A stretch of DNA of 64,000 nt from Geosiphon pyriformis uo1 (GCA_016748015.1 JAAOMT010000144.1:5809-69808); one strand, 5' to 3'; positions 23,446 to 38,300 are shown, counted from the stretch's first letter. Numbers and translations: made by a program. Notes: a model not told the origin generated them from the letters alone.

Positions 23446-25699
23446 TCCCCAAAAAATAGAAAGTTACTTACTAAATAGAGAGCTGGGGTAATTTTTAACG
23501 CTAATTTAATTACTTATTATTCACAACCNNNNNNNNNNNNNNNNNNNNNNNNNNNNNNNNNNNNNNNNNNNNNNNNNNNNNNNNNNNNNNNNNNNNNNNN
23601 NNNNNNNNNNNNNNNNNNNNNNNNNNNNNNNNNNNNNNNNNNNNNNNNNNNNNNNNNNNNNNNNNNNNNNNNNNNNNNNNNNNNNNNNNNNNNNNNNNNN
23701 NNNNNNNNNNNNNNNNNNNNNNNNNNNNNNNNNNNNNNNNNNNNNNNNNNNNNNNNNNNNNNNNNNNNNNNNNNNNNNNNNNNNNNNNNNNNNNNNNNNN
23801 NNNNNNNNNNNNNNNNNNNNNNNNNNNNNNNNNNNNNNNNNNNNNNNNNNNNNNNNNNNNNNNNNNNNNNNNNNNNNNNNNNNNNNNNNNNNNNNNNNNN
23901 NNNNNNNNNNNNNNNNNNNNNNNNNNNNNNNNNNNNNNNNNNNNNNNNNNNNNNNNNNNNNNNNNNNNNNNNNNNNNNNNNNNNNNNNNNNNNNNNNNNN
24001 NNNNNNNNNNNNNNNNNNNNNNNNNNNNNNNNNNNNNNNNNNNNNNNNNNNNNNNNNNNNNNNNNNNNNNNNNNNNNNNNNNNNNNNNNNNNNNNNNNNN
24101 NNNNNNNNNNNNNNNNNNNNNNNNNNNNNNNNNNNNNNNNNNNNNNNNNNNNNNNNNNNNNNNNNNNNNNNNNNNNNNNNNNNNNNNNNNNNNNNNNNNN
24201 NNNNNNNNNNNNNNNNNNNNNNNNNNNNNNNNNNNNNNNNNNNNNNNNNNNNNNNNNNNNNNNNNNNNNNNNNNNNNNNNNNNNNNNNNNNNNNNNNNNN
24301 NNNNNNNNNNNNNNNNNNNNNNNNNNNNNNNNNNNNNNNNNNNNNNNNNNNNNNNNNNNNNNNNNGTTCGATTTTTAATTTAATTAAAACAAGTTTGAAT
24401 TTTTCAAACATGTGACAGATATTTTTTTAGATAATTTATTGTTTTAAAAGACATTTTTTTTCTTTTGTTTAAACAGTTGTTTGAATTGAAAAAATAATTT
24501 TTTGCCTAACTTGATGAAATAAAAGCTGTAAATAGAGTTATAAGATTTCTTGGCTATTTTAAAAGATAAATATCTGTGTTTTTCTTTCAAAATTATATAT
24601 TTAAATGAATAATTAATAACCAGCAATTCTTAAATAGTCTTAGATATGTTTTAATGGGTTACAGACAAAAAGTTTTTTAATTTCTAAATTTTCATAACTT
24701 TGGTTTCAATAAATCTTTTAAAAGATTGAAAAACAACACAATAAAACCTTCAATTTTGTAAAAATATTTTTGCCATGCATACAAGTTAAAACACCTAATT
24801 TAGAAGAAATTATGCCTTAAAATAGAAATCCTGAGGAAATATACCTAAAAAATTGATTTTAAATTACTAGTAATATTTTCTTGAATCCATTTAAATTGCA
24901 GTTTGAAAAATTCTCTGCATTCTTCCATTTTATTTTAAATAGCTAAAATCAGATCTTTCTTAGATTTTGAGGCAATAAATTCTAAATTGCAAAATTGATT
25001 TCTTTGAGTAAATAAAAGCTAAAGTTTCTAATTTAAGTGGCATAGATTAATTTGTAAATTCAATTAAAAGTCAAAGTCAAATAAATAGATAACCAAGTGG
25101 CTATAATAATATAAATAATTTACTACTGTTTTATAACAGAAAACGAGAAACATAATTAAAATGCTTGTTTAACATTGTTCACTCATTATTGCACAATTTA
25201 TAACATAAAGAATTCTTTTACCTAACCGAATTATTGCTGTAGTGACCCCTTTTGAGGACTATTAATGCTCGCAGTAGATTAAAGTTGCCTCGCTTTCAAT
25301 GATACAGTATTTGATCAAATTTCTGATTAAATAGTCACAAGTTTAAAGAAGAGAATAAATTTTGGGTTGTTCCGAACAAAAACTGTGGGGTGTACTTTCT
25401 TCCAGAAAACAAAATTTTCAGCTTTTTGATTAGAGGGGGTTTTTTGGTTTCACAAATAAATTGAAAGGAAGTTAGTTTTTTAGTTTTGCTTAATATTTCT
25501 TTTATATTCTAAAAATATTATAAGAGAACTTGAGAAATCCTAATCCTTAAAAAAAGATTCGAAAATTTAACATTTCCCCCAATATATGACTTTTTGGGGC
25601 TTACTTGAGAATTAGGTCAGGCTGAATTTTTTGTCTAAATTGATTAATTAATTGAAATCTTGAGGTATGAATCATTAGAATGAGTCATAGTTGTATAGC

Positions 25700-26344
25700 T
25701 CAAGTTATACCTTTTAAATTCTCAAAGTTAAATATTCTTTGCCAAAAAAAAAGCATGAGAACTTACGGAGCTGATACTGTTGGTATTGAAATAAATCCCA
25801 AAAAACCAATTTTTGGAGCCGAGCTTGTCGTTGTAACTGGTCTTGCAAATAAATATGATAGAGGGATTGGAGCAGGCGACACTTTATAGACGTTTCCAGT
25901 ATTCGAGTTACCAAAATTTAGCGAATAACTGGTGAATTTCGTAAAAACTACCGAATGATCAGTGAATTTTTTCGAGCTTGTCGTTGTATTAGGTCCTCCA
26001 ATTAAAGATGATGGAGGGATGGGAGCAGGCGACACTTTATAGACGTTTTCAATATTCGGGTTACCAAAACATTGCGAACTAACATATATAATTGAGCTTG
26101 TCGTTGTAGTATTCGAATTACCAAAAATTTATGAATAACCTTCCTTTCAATTAGTAAAGAGAAATTAATTTTTAAAAATTGGAACCTGCTCTTGAACTTT
26201 TTAAAAGTTTTTACATACGAATCCAAGGGACTTAATTCGGTAGCTTCGACTTTTTCTAATAAACGAATTAAATTACAAAAGATATAAACGCCTACAATTA
26301 TCAATATACGCGAAGAAATTTTAACGTATTTCCTCTTTCGTCAT
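25700..26344 (-). pseudogene. Secreted Ser/Thr/Pro-rich repeat protein, probably disrupted
   Basis: Signal-like 'RILIIVGVYIFCNLIRLLEKVEA' is out of frame with the nearest ATG (26344). GT-AG introns at ~26220 and ~25766. The internal exon has a 153-bp (51-aa) tandem repeat, FGN(P/S)N..NVYKVSPAPIP.S.L....TTTSS. Confidence 0.4.
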
Positions 26345-28119
26345 TTACATTTAAGGGGATCGCTCTTTATAATTGTTTTTTTCTTTTTTAATGACAAATT
26401 TATTAGCTTTTTTTCACTTCAAATTAGCTTTTTAAAGTTGAATTTTAATTTTGAAGCTTGAGGTTTATTATAAACCTTATTGGATTCCGTAGTGATAGTT
26501 TTGTGTATGGCCGCAAATTCTAAAATTCAAAAGAAATTTTCGAACTAACTTTTATGTTATAAATAACAAGGAACTTTTGAAATGTACAGCTTTGATTTTT
26601 TTTGAATTCCTTTATAATTTTATGTGGGACATCTCCATTTATTTCATGTCAATGTTACTATTTTGATTGAAAAATATCTTATTATATTTCAATAAATTCA
26701 AATGAATGACCAAGGAAGATAAATATTATTAAATTTCTCGAATGAAGGAGTGTGATTTTCAAAAAAAATGATTTACAAAGTTGTTAGATAATGATTTTAT
26801 CTTTGGCTTTTAATCCTTTCATGTCAGCTTTGATGAAGATTTCTTTATTTTTTACAGAACATTTTGATCACCATGAATATTAATCATAGTCATTAATTTT
26901 TTACCCAAAGTGCATCAAGAATGGAAAATTCATTGTTAAAGATCAAATTAATAACTTTGCAAATCATAGAAGCAATATTATCATTATTGTTAGGTTAATA
27001 ATTTATTTGGTTTAAAAATCTTTTTTTATTGTAAATATATCATTAATTATTAAGAAATAGAAAAATTTAATAGTTTTAACATTAATAGAAGTTTACTAAG
27101 TAATTGAAACTTATAATTATTACTTTATTAATTAAAAGTAACCATTGATATATATATTTAGCTAGCCCATTTTTAAAATTGATTATTTTGACTTAATCAT
27201 TGACTTAATAACTTGATTTTTGATTCGATCATTGATTTGGTTATTCATTTGATTGTTAATAAATTTTTGACTTAAATTTTATTTATTTATTAACTATATA
27301 AGCAAAATCTTCTTAAACTGTAAATTTTTGAAAAAAAATCGTAGTTATAAAAAATATTGACCATTTTATTTTATGTTATTAATTGTGAAAATTTACTTAT
27401 TTTTTGGTCAAATTTAAAATTTAGTGAATATATAATAATCATTCTTTTTTCAATGCAGAAATTTTATTAATTACTTTTATCAACAAAATTTGAATTTTTT
27501 TTAAATAAAGTTAATAATTAACATCTACAATTTAAAAAAAATCCTAATTAGCATGTTTAAACATTCAATAACTTAGTTTATTAAATTCATATTGGTAATT
27601 GATACATTAATAAAAATATTGCCTTAGAATATATATAAAGAAAATTTAAAAATCAGAAAAAAAACTATTATTATTTGTTTGAAAAACAATAAAATTGCAA
27701 TTAACAAAATCGAAAAATTCAAACCTTTTTATTAGAAAATGGTTATTTATTTTAATTTTCAAGCTTGCTTAATACAAAATTCAAGGAAATCTTTTTTTTG
27801 AACTCCGAAAAATATCATGTAAAAATAAAACATGATCAAACACATGAAAATTCACTTTATGCTTAACGTAAATATATTTGGAAAATAAGATGTTAACTGA
27901 ATTATTTTATTATTAATCATATTTTAAATCTAAATGGTATTTTGACGATAGTAATTTAGAATTTGATATTGTAATATTGATAGCAGTGACGCGTTCGATA
28001 AATGCAGCAGCTCATTCTAGTGATATTTAAGCAGGCTTAGTGAAATAAAGCCCCTTTTTGGAATGTATAAAAAAATAGGGAAAGAAAAAACTTGGAATTT
28101 GGAATTTAAAAAATCCACG

Positions 28120-29003
28120 ATATAAAATTACCTGCAAACATGGGACATATAATCGTAATCAATACTTTGCTGTTCATAATTTTCTAACACTGATGGTGGA
28201 TGCGAAAAGACTGTCCTGGCAATTTAGCAAGTTTAAGTCTAATGAAAACTTACAAAACCCATAACCAAAGCAGACATTGGTAATCAACCATCACAAAGCG
28301 CTAAAACTGTAGCCAAAGACAAACCACCTCCAGAACTATTAACAGCAATCACAATTTGTGATAGATGAAAAGCTTGATATTCTGAATCTTTTGGCAGGTC
28401 GAGCAAATACATATATGCTGCCATTGCGTCATGTACACTGCTGGGAATTCATGTTGTGGAACCAGATGATAACTTACCACTTCGGAAATTAAAAGAGGTC
28501 ATGTTATTATTTTTAAACAAATCCTGGCAAGAAAATTGCTTAATGATATTTAAATTAAGAAAGGATTTTCTCACCCAAAACACTCTATACCCAAGTATAA
28601 AGTTTCTATGGAAATCATTATCTGGGAAATCTGTGTTTGAGCGAATAAGGCGAATAAGATGTCGTGTATGACAATAACCAAGTTGACATGAAACATGTAA
28701 AGCAAAATAACAGATGACAAGAAACATGGAGGGAAAAATCTTTCACCAGTTTGCCGTTTAAATGGCAAGCGAGGCATGGTGACCTAACTTTACGCATGGA
28801 GCGTTCCCCCTCTAAATGGCAAGCAAGGTCACCTCTGTCGACTGATCAACTAAATTTTAAATCAGCCAGCAGGAATGTGATAAGAAGGCCACAGTTTAAA
28901 TGGCAAGTGATATTCTCCTCTTCATACGTCCAGCAATGGCAGCTGTCTAAATTAAAAGGATGTTGGAGTTTTGAGCTTCTTGCTAGTTAACGAAAACTTC
29001 ATA
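28120..29003 (-). pseudogene. Alpha/beta-hydrolase (Abhydrolase_3, HSL-like esterase) pseudogene
   Basis: Minus-strand translation across frameshifts: 'VILLYMFH' ... intron ... 'SYHLVPQHEFP' (cf. YRLAPxHxFP), then 'SVHDAMAAYMYLLDLP...SQIVIAVNSSGGGLSLATVLALCDG*LP' (cf. I.IAGDSAGGGL...LALRD..LP). Multiple stops. Confidence 0.75.
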
Positions 29004-31562
29004 AAATATGATAAAATGAATACTTATTCATCTATTAATTTTTTGGTGTTAATTATTTCTACTAATTAAACGTAATTAATGGTTTTTAACAATATATTTA
29101 TAGTAAAAATCAATTGTTATAAAACACAAAGATTGTTATTTAAAAGTTGTATAAATCAAATTAAACTAAAAAAAATTATGTTGATCTATTTCATAATAAC
29201 AAGCAAAAAAAAAAGTCAACAATAAATAAAATAAAGACATACAAGATATAAGCAAAATACAATGACGAGCAAAAATTTAAAGATTAATTATTTATTATAG
29301 TATTTTAAAATTGGACGTATAATTAATAAAAACGTGGTAATTGTGCCAAAAAAAATTACTTTTGATGGATTGAAAGTATACAGGTGTAATATAAAAATTT
29401 TTTAAGACATTTGGCTAGACAAAAACAATTTACAAAAACAACACTAATTCTCATAATTGTACACAAGCAAAAGCGTGTAAAATGTATCTAAAATCACTTC
29501 AATGATAATTGGATTGAATAGCATTAAGTAACAAACCAGTCTTTTGGTTATTAAAGAATTTTATTTTATATTGATATAATAATGTACAGTACAGCCAATT
29601 TTTTGCATTAAACAAAGATAATACTTGTTTGGAATGAATTTTGTTCAAAAAATAAAGTAATTTTCAAGAAATTATTTTACTTTTCTACTTTGGTCGATAA
29701 GATTTTCTTGAATCAATAAAGTAAAAAAAATTTCTTAGAATATCAATATAAAAGTGTATATACATTAAAAAAAAGAAACTAATCAATTGGTTTTTTAATA
29801 GCTCTGACCTAAAACTCAACAATCTATGGTAAAGAAAGGAATGAAAGAAAATTTTCTCAATCTCTTATAACTAGATCTATGAAAGAGCAAAGGTATCCTT
29901 TATTAAATGTTTTTTTTATAATTTCATGCTTTATCTAGCCTTCAAATGAATCATTTTTACAAGTGGTTTGTTTGATGCAACAATGATTAAATGATTTTGT
30001 TCAAAAACTTTTATTCACAAAATGTAAAAAAAGGTTTTGTTTTAAATAAATAATTTATTTGTTAAAACAACCAAAGAGTTTTAGAAACTTCTACTCTCAA
30101 AATGTTTAGAAGCTTATTATCATTTGAGACCAAGCTAAAATTTCATCTCATTTACTTTTTATTTTTTGTTTGTATAAAATTAATTTAATGAAAAATGATC
30201 TTTTTGTTTGATTTAAGATAAATTTCAAAAATTAAAAATCTTGGCAAAATAAAAAATTTTATTTTCTGGAAAAACTTTTCCTTAAATCACAAATAGCTTT
30301 TAAAATGGATCAAGTTTTCATAATTTTATTTATAAAATGAAGCTTTCCTAATAATTTTGGTTGTGTTGTGGAAAATATATCATTTTAGCGCATTGACAAT
30401 ATCCTGATGAAACATCATTATGACAATCATGAACACATGCATGCATACATACATACATATTTACGTAAAATTCGGATATAAAAAATTCCTTATCCCAAAC
30501 ATGTGAGGAGGGTGTGACTGAAATACCAAGAAAGTGCAGAGTTTATCCCGACCATCGGTTTCAGTATCTGGGCAAAATTCGAATCGCTAGGCCTAAATGA
30601 AAAGCGAGAATTTAGTCTAAATCTGAGGATCAAGTCTAATATCTCCTTTCATTTGTGTTAAAAAAATCTTAACTGATGATCATGATTAACCATTTGGAGT
30701 ATGAAGTGTCAAAAATGACAACTTAAAAAAGGGATGAAGGGTCAGTCAAAATAAAAAAAAAATATTTATGGGGAATAAATAAATTTGTTCGTGGTGGTTC
30801 AAATACGAGAACTCCAATTTTTTAAGGAGTTACCCTTGAAAAATCAAGGAGTTACCCACATAACTGTGTATGCATTAATAATAACGCGCGCATACAGTTC
30901 AGACACCCCGACTTATTACTTCATTATTTATTTTTTTAACTAGCTCTTATCAACCCTATTTTTTGGGGAAAAAGATTCACAAGATAAGCTAAAAACCCAC
31001 ATATTTTCTATAGAATAATTGCAATTATCAAAGTAGCTTTTATAGATTGAGTTCCGAAATAATTTAAAAGCATATTCTTATCAAAGCAAAGCAGAATATT
31101 GCTTCATTTATGCCATAACTAACCTAGTAAAAACTTTAAAAATGTGTGCTCAATCAAAAAAAAACCGTAAATTTTAATTTTTCTTGCCAAAATTATTCAT
31201 GAAATAAATTTCCTTTTAAACGACTAAAAATAAAAATTTTCTAACCGAAAACTCTTCTTTTTTTTAAAAAAATTAATTTTTTAAAGTTTTGAAATGATTT
31301 TCAATGCATTTTTGAAAGCAATTAAAAAGCCTCACATTAAAATGATTTTTTAATTCAAAAAAGTTGATTTTTGCTATATAATTCTCGTTTTAGCAAACTA
31401 TTCTGTGTAAAAAAAAAAACGATCTCGTTTTTAATCAAAAAATTGTGAAACTCTTACATAATTCAAAAACTGCAAATTATATATTTCAAAAAAGGAAATT
31501 TAACAGTCTAAAAAAGTCCTTTTGGTCTTTTATACAGACATTAATAAAGCCTTATGTTATTA

Positions 31563-31613
<51 letters not shown>

Positions 31614-32870
31614 TTATTATTGATGGGAACTACACAATTTAAAAAAGTTTAAATGGCGCCATGATTAAATAGTAAGCGTAAATTTTTTTTTCCCCGATTC
31701 ATTTGAGATCTTTGTCATCTCGATTTCATAATGCGCTACCTATCTAAGCTACTGACCAAATCAAAAAAGATTGGAAAATTTGACGCCAGCATTTATTCTA
31801 CAAAAATCTCAAACTTATTATATAAACCCTTATATACATACAAAGAAAAATTTTCCACCTCCTCACCTAATCAAAAAAAACCAGATTTTCACTGGGCTGC
31901 TCCGTTTCCCTAGTCCAAAGTGGTTTATTTTCGTCTATTGACTAAACATATTTGGCGTCACAAACGTAATGTAACTTTAGGAAAAAAATAGTTTATGACA
32001 TCACTGATTTTCATCATTACTCCATACAGATAAGATTCACCATTGTCTGTGAACGGTGCCAAAAATATTAGTCCAGTGGGTCTCTGGAAACGGAATGACG
32101 CCCATTACGCAATTAAGGTAATATATTTATTCCATAAAATTCTCAAAACTGTTTAATCAATGACCCACAAAAAAGGGTCGGCATTTGTAACACATGATCT
32201 TTTTAAAGTTTTTTTTTATTTATATGAGTTAATGATTTCCTAATTTTTTTCACTTCGAGAAATTTAAAAAAATGATCGAAAATTTAAAAAATCCGAGAAC
32301 CTTGAAATTTAGCAAAACGATAATTGAAATTTGTGATTTTTTCTTCAAGAACAAAAAGTTTACACACCGGACTTCTTTATCCAGAAATTACAAGGGACTC
32401 GTGGTGATTTAAAATTAGTTAGTCTCTATTTTTAAGAGTTCCTCATTTATTTAAATCTATTCAATGATGTCCAAGACGTACCCTATAAACTTGAAAGCTA
32501 CCGCCAAGGAATAGGTGGTGATTCCTTCATAGATATTTAAAATTGAGAGCACAGAAAAAATATTTGTTGCGGCCGAAAATTTTTGTCATAATTATATCAA
32601 TCATTATCATCTTGATCAATAATTAAAAAAAAAATTTGTTTGAAGTTGCATATATTAAATATTCTAAAGAAAAGATTTAAATCGAATCTCCAAACGACTC
32701 ATTTATCAATTAAAGAATCACAAATCACAATTCTCAACAATCAGATTATAAATACTGGCCTCGTCCGAGTTTTTGTTCTGACAACTTTCGATTCTTTTCT
32801 CCTTACGAAAATCTTTGAAAACACTGATACATATAAGGAAAAAATTGTTAATCGTTTTTTCGTTTTATTT

Positions 32871-32906
<36 letters not shown>

Positions 32907-32922
32907 GCTCTATCTATCTATA

Positions 32923-33667
32923 ATGTATTTTGTTGCGAATCAAAAATATCACCATCAAGAATTTCACCCTGCGAGTCAACATCAACAACATCAATCGCCT
33001 TTACTAAAAATAAAAACATTTAACACTGACATTAATTGTTTCTCAAATTCACAAAAATTAACGCAAGAACAATTTTCAAATCATTTTCTACAAGTGGAAC
33101 AAGAAAAACAGTATTTCTTTTCTCATCAACAGGAATATCAACAAACTATTTTCAAAGAATTAGAGGAGCGACATCAACAAGTTCAACAACGATCACTGGA
33201 AAAAGAATTGAAATTCCATCATCATCAACCCAAAGAATTTCAACAACCTCCAAATTTACAATTAAATCATCTTTCACATTTATCAATACCGAATCAAAAA
33301 CCTACTAAAATATCACCTTCCATTCTTCCTGCTTCACCAATCCTATCACCTCATTCTCATTCTCTTTCTTATTTGACTCCTCCTCCTCTACCACTAACTC
33401 AATTGAGAAATAAACGAAAACTTTATTCAGGTTCACCTCCAACCTCCCCAATGGCCACCACCGCATTAGGAAACCCTAATAGAGCTTGTGTTTCCTGCAA
33501 AAAGAGAAAAGTAAAATGTGATCGAAAAACTCCTTCGTGCACAGCTTGTCATAAATCGAAATCCCGGTGTTATTATACTTCTTATTCACCATCTATTTTT
33601 CTCGAGTCACAACAAAATAATAATATCGAAAGTCATGATACCAAAGATAATATCATTAAACAAGAAA

Positions 33668-33701
<34 letters not shown>

Positions 33702-35348
33702 AGAAGAAGAAGGTGATCTTGAAGAAAATTGTTCATCAGAAGATAGATTGGGGATTGATGCGTTACGTGAAAAACTAGAAGAAGTTCGAAATGAAGGAAG
33801 GCAAAGATGGGAACGTATGGAAAATATTTATGCTGAAATAAAAGCATTTCAGCAACAACCAGAATCAAAGGTTAGTAATCTAAAAATTCTTCCCTCTTAT
33901 CATCATTTATAAGCAACTAATGATAAATCAATTATCTATTTTTTCCTTCTCTTTTGTAAAATTCCTTTAAAGATAAATAGCATTACAAATTCCCATTTAC
34001 CATCACCATCATCATCATTCAATCCACCACAAAATTCTCAGTTTCCATTCCTACTCGTGGATGCGGACGCAGGAATGCTGAGACTAAACATAGAAAATCC
34101 GAAAATCCCATTAAAATCTACGATACCTACAACTTCTAGAGTAAAAGTGACTGAATTTTCTTCACATTCATTACCTTATTCGTCATCTGTACTGCGCAAC
34201 AATGATCAAAAAACACATTCACATTATTACAATCCATATCCACTGCGTTCACATATCAAGAATTATGGATTACCGGCTCAAGGTTTGAATTCAACATTTT
34301 GATATAATGGTCATTTTTATCTCATGTTTTGTGTGATATCTTTCACATTCGCTTTTTTCTTTTTTGGGCCTTTTTTTTATTACATGGATCGCTTATTCTC
34401 ATTCTAGTATTCTTCACTTTTAAGTTAAAATACCAAAAAGGTCACTAAGCCTCGATGTTTTGTTCATCCCCTTTTTAAAAATAATTATAAACAATAATAT
34501 TAGTCGCTGATTCTACTGCTGTTGCAAGTTTATCTGCTGCGGAAATTCTTGAAATATCAAGACCATTCGTCCCCTACAAGATGGCCACCATTACCTTTAA
34601 TTATAACGGGAACGGTATTCGACCATTGCTGGGTCGCTCAATGGCACCTTTTCTAAACTCAATGACTCACGCTTCTACATTCAATACTCCATCTTTTCCA
34701 ATAATCACCGGGTTCAAGGACTCGGCTCATCTGCAAAGCTGGCTGAAAAGCAAATTATGGGCTTTAATTTACGATAATCAAGATAATAGTTTGGGTGGAT
34801 TGATTAATCCAGAAACTGAAAAGTTTGAACTTCGACCGATATATGATTTTGATTTCAATGATGATAATGAGAATTCCGCATCTCAACAATTCGAAATCAT
34901 GCTATGTCATCGAGCCGCACCATCAAAAGAGTCTGAAGCAACAATTGATGAAAATGGGCAAGGGGTCGAATATGATTCTGATCATGATGAGTTTGATAAT
35001 ATTGGAATGGAGAATTCTTCCAATAACATTCAAATAGAATCTGTCGATCAAAATGGAATCGGCGATGAGCTGGTTGGAAATAGTGAATTTTCTACCGATC
35101 AATTCTTTGGAAAAGTTTATGGCGTCATAAGATACTTTGTGAATCATATGCCATGGTTACGTGAGAATTGTATGATGCTATCACGCAGCACGATAGGGGG
35201 TGGCATGATGATGAATTTTTGGAATGATGGCGTTTTTACGGATGTTGTCGTGGAAATCCGTTATGATGTTCAACCCACAGCCACCTCGGCAAAAGACACC
35301 GCTTCTCAAAAAAACCATTTAGCCAGACGCGGAAGATTATTTTTCTAA
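32923..35348 (+). CDS. Zn(II)2Cys6 fungal transcription factor, 3 exons
   Basis: Exons 32923-33870, 33973-34282, 34504-35348, in frame across GT-AG introns. Q/H-rich N-terminus, 'RACVSCKKRKVKCDRKTPSCTACHKSKSRCYY', poly-Glu from (GAA)n, coiled coil, C-terminal globular region. Confidence 0.88.
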
Positions 35349-38300
35349 CGGAAATAACTTGAAAGACTCGGGACATTTCATTTTTGTCCCTTATTCAATC
35401 AAACAGGTTAATGCTTTATTGGGGATGAAAAAAATGACAATTTAGTAAATTGAAAAAATTCCTCAATCAAATCATTTGCCGATTTAATATTTTTTGAAGA
35501 TAAGAAGCATTATCCCTTTTAATAAAACAATCTCTTTACTACCATTTTGTTCTATTTTTTTCACTAAAATTTTTACTGCTCCCTTCTCTTGGTTTTTGAC
35601 TTTCTCTTATTAATGCTACTTTGAATAGTTTTATTCCATTATGCAATGAAGAATTAAGTTACTTCCTTATGCTCCTTTACTTCGAAAAAACGTACTTTGT
35701 AAATAGAGAAAATAATACATGCGATTCAATCACAATGCTTGATTGAGAAGAGATTTTTCGATAATTAGGATTTTATGATTCGATAATATTATGAACCTTC
35801 CAAAAATTTATGAAAAAAAAATTCTTTTAACTATTTATCATCAACACTTAAAAATAATAAGTTGAAAAAATTAGTCAATATGCATCTCAAAAAAATTTCG
35901 AATAAATTTGAAGAGAAAAACAACATATTTGCAAAATATATACATAAAATTTTTATCAAAATATAATAATTTTCAAGGATTTCTATGGTTTAAAAATTAA
36001 ATTGGTTGCGAAATTTTTTTTTTGAAAATTCGAATTTACAAAATACATCAAAAAACTGGAATATAAAATATTGGAAAAAATTAATCGATATAAAGTGTTT
36101 TAAAATAGTGGTTTCAAAATATAACAAATACTCCATTTGGTATCATTCAAATGCCGAGAATCGATAAGAATTTTTTTTAAATTTGAGTAAGATTTTGAGT
36201 AATAGAGTTACTAAAAGATCTCTTTTTTTTTCTCTTGGGTTGGATTTATCATATAAAATCTGTTGAATTGTTTTTATTAAAAAAAAATTTCAATTACATG
36301 TAAAAAATAAAGGAGATATGAAGAAAAGCTTGAAATTTAGAGAGCTGAAAAGAAAAAAAGTATTATAAATTGTAAGAAAGAAAAAATCTTTATTTTTATT
36401 TTTATTTTTATTTTTCGAGTTATTAAAAATAATTTTAAAGAAAAAACGAATTTAAAATTTTTTATAATCAATGGAAAGAATTTATATAAAGAACATATCA
36501 TGACAGTTTCGTTTTTGTTGTTAACAATGGGTAAACTCTAAAAAACGTTTAATTCAAAAAAGTTTTTTTTTTTTTTTAAGATTTTAAAAAAAAAATACTT
36601 TCTGTTATTTAGAATATCGATTAACATATTTTAAAAGTTCTAGGATCATCTTTATTTATGATAAATTTTTTTAAAAGAACATGTGTTGTTGAAAATTTGA
36701 ATTCTAAAGAGTAGAATTTGGACTTTTCTATAACTACTGTTTGTTTGTTTGTTTGTTTTTTTTTGATTTGGCAATATTACTACATAATTCTTAGAGGTCG
36801 AAATATCATACAATTCTCCAGTTTTAAAAGAATTTGGATCCCACCAAAATGCGTCAAAAATAAAAATAAAAAAACCCAGCATTTTAAAACAAAGTCTTTT
36901 CAACAATTATATTTATCTCAATTTGCTTTTTTGACATAGTTAAACTTTTTCAGAGAATATATTTAGATAAAAATCTATTCTAGATTTTTTATTATCTTGG
37001 GATCTTTAATCATCATTAAGAAAGTCAAATGTGAATCAGATAAGCTTTATCTTTATGACCAACAAGAAAGTCTTTAAATATACATAATAAAAATCCAAAT
37101 ATTAAACATTATTTCATTGTGTGTTCTTGTCAAACAATTAAAGTTTTTTCCAAGGTTCTTTGTAAATATTAAGAAACATAACACACAAATTCAAAATTTT
37201 CAAAAATATAATAATTATCAATATATTATTCCCATTTAAAAATTCTTTCAAAACGAGGATTAATATTCAAAAGAAATTTTAAAATTCCAACTTTATAATA
37301 CCGATTCAGCTAAATTTTATTTCGAAAAAGATTTAAAATTCATGAATCACATCCAAAAAAAAAAGTTGGCCATTTTTGGGCTTCAAGTGATTTTTATTTC
37401 AAGCGATAATCAATATCCCTTATCTAAATCTTTTAGATAATCAAATCTCTTAAATTCACATGAAAAAAATCTTTATCAATCGACCTTTTTATCCAGTTTC
37501 TCAGAGCTTAACCTTAATCATATTTTCATGCCAAACATCTTTTCTCATTTTACAAGCGGGAATTAATTTTTTTTGTAAATCAAGAGGTTAAATATCTTTT
37601 CATTAAAAATTAGGTATAAAACATAAGATCATAAGGTGAGAAATTATGCTCATGCCACTTTTAAACTTAAATTTTTTAAAAGTTCCCATTAGTTTTAAAT
37701 CCAAATAAGCATGATACAAAAGAGTATATACAATTATAATTCATATAATTATGAGAGATTTTCTTCATTAAGACACCTGTAACGACATGGAACAATATCT
37801 ATAAAAAAAATTTAATTAATGTAGCAAAATCTTAGCTTCGAGGCTGCAATCTTGAATATTACCCATAATGATATGTAACATATCCAGATAGAGTTAAATC
37901 AAAGGAAAACGATCTTTTTTTGAATTAAAGATAAAATTTTCTTAAAATGAGAAATTAAATATTTTTTAACCTTTTTACATGTTCATTTAGTAGCATTTAG
38001 AGAAAGTCATTTTCTTTTGATTCCAAATAGCTTTTAAGATAAAAAGATCTTCGTAATCATCTATTATAAATAAAGCTTTCGGAAAAAGTATATATTAAAA
38101 TGACATAGACCTTTCCTAATTAATATCGTACTGAAAATGATGACCGTAAAGGTTTCCTTTTTTAGAATTTTCCAATTATTAATGTTGATTAAGTTTTACC
38201 TATAAACTGGTTCCATCGTGACTTTGGGAAGTTCCGAGAATTTTCGCATGTGAAACACAAATTTTTCAGACGAATAATTTTTATACAAAAATGTTTGATC

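Larger units (their letters stand above)
20687..25053. repeat. Left arm of large inverted segmental duplication (pairs with 43366-48431); includes assembly gap 23529-24365
   Basis: The reverse complement aligns with the right arm from the SYM1 last exon ('ccaacctattaac') to 'ggcatagattaattt'. The ORF track gives identical 60-aa junk ORFs at 24444-24626(-) and 43741-43923(+). Confidence 0.92.

Noticed and set aside
28750-28910. Three copies of taaatggcaag as a regulatory repeat
   Set aside because: Short, irregularly spaced and inside the hydrolase pseudogene region; no independent support.
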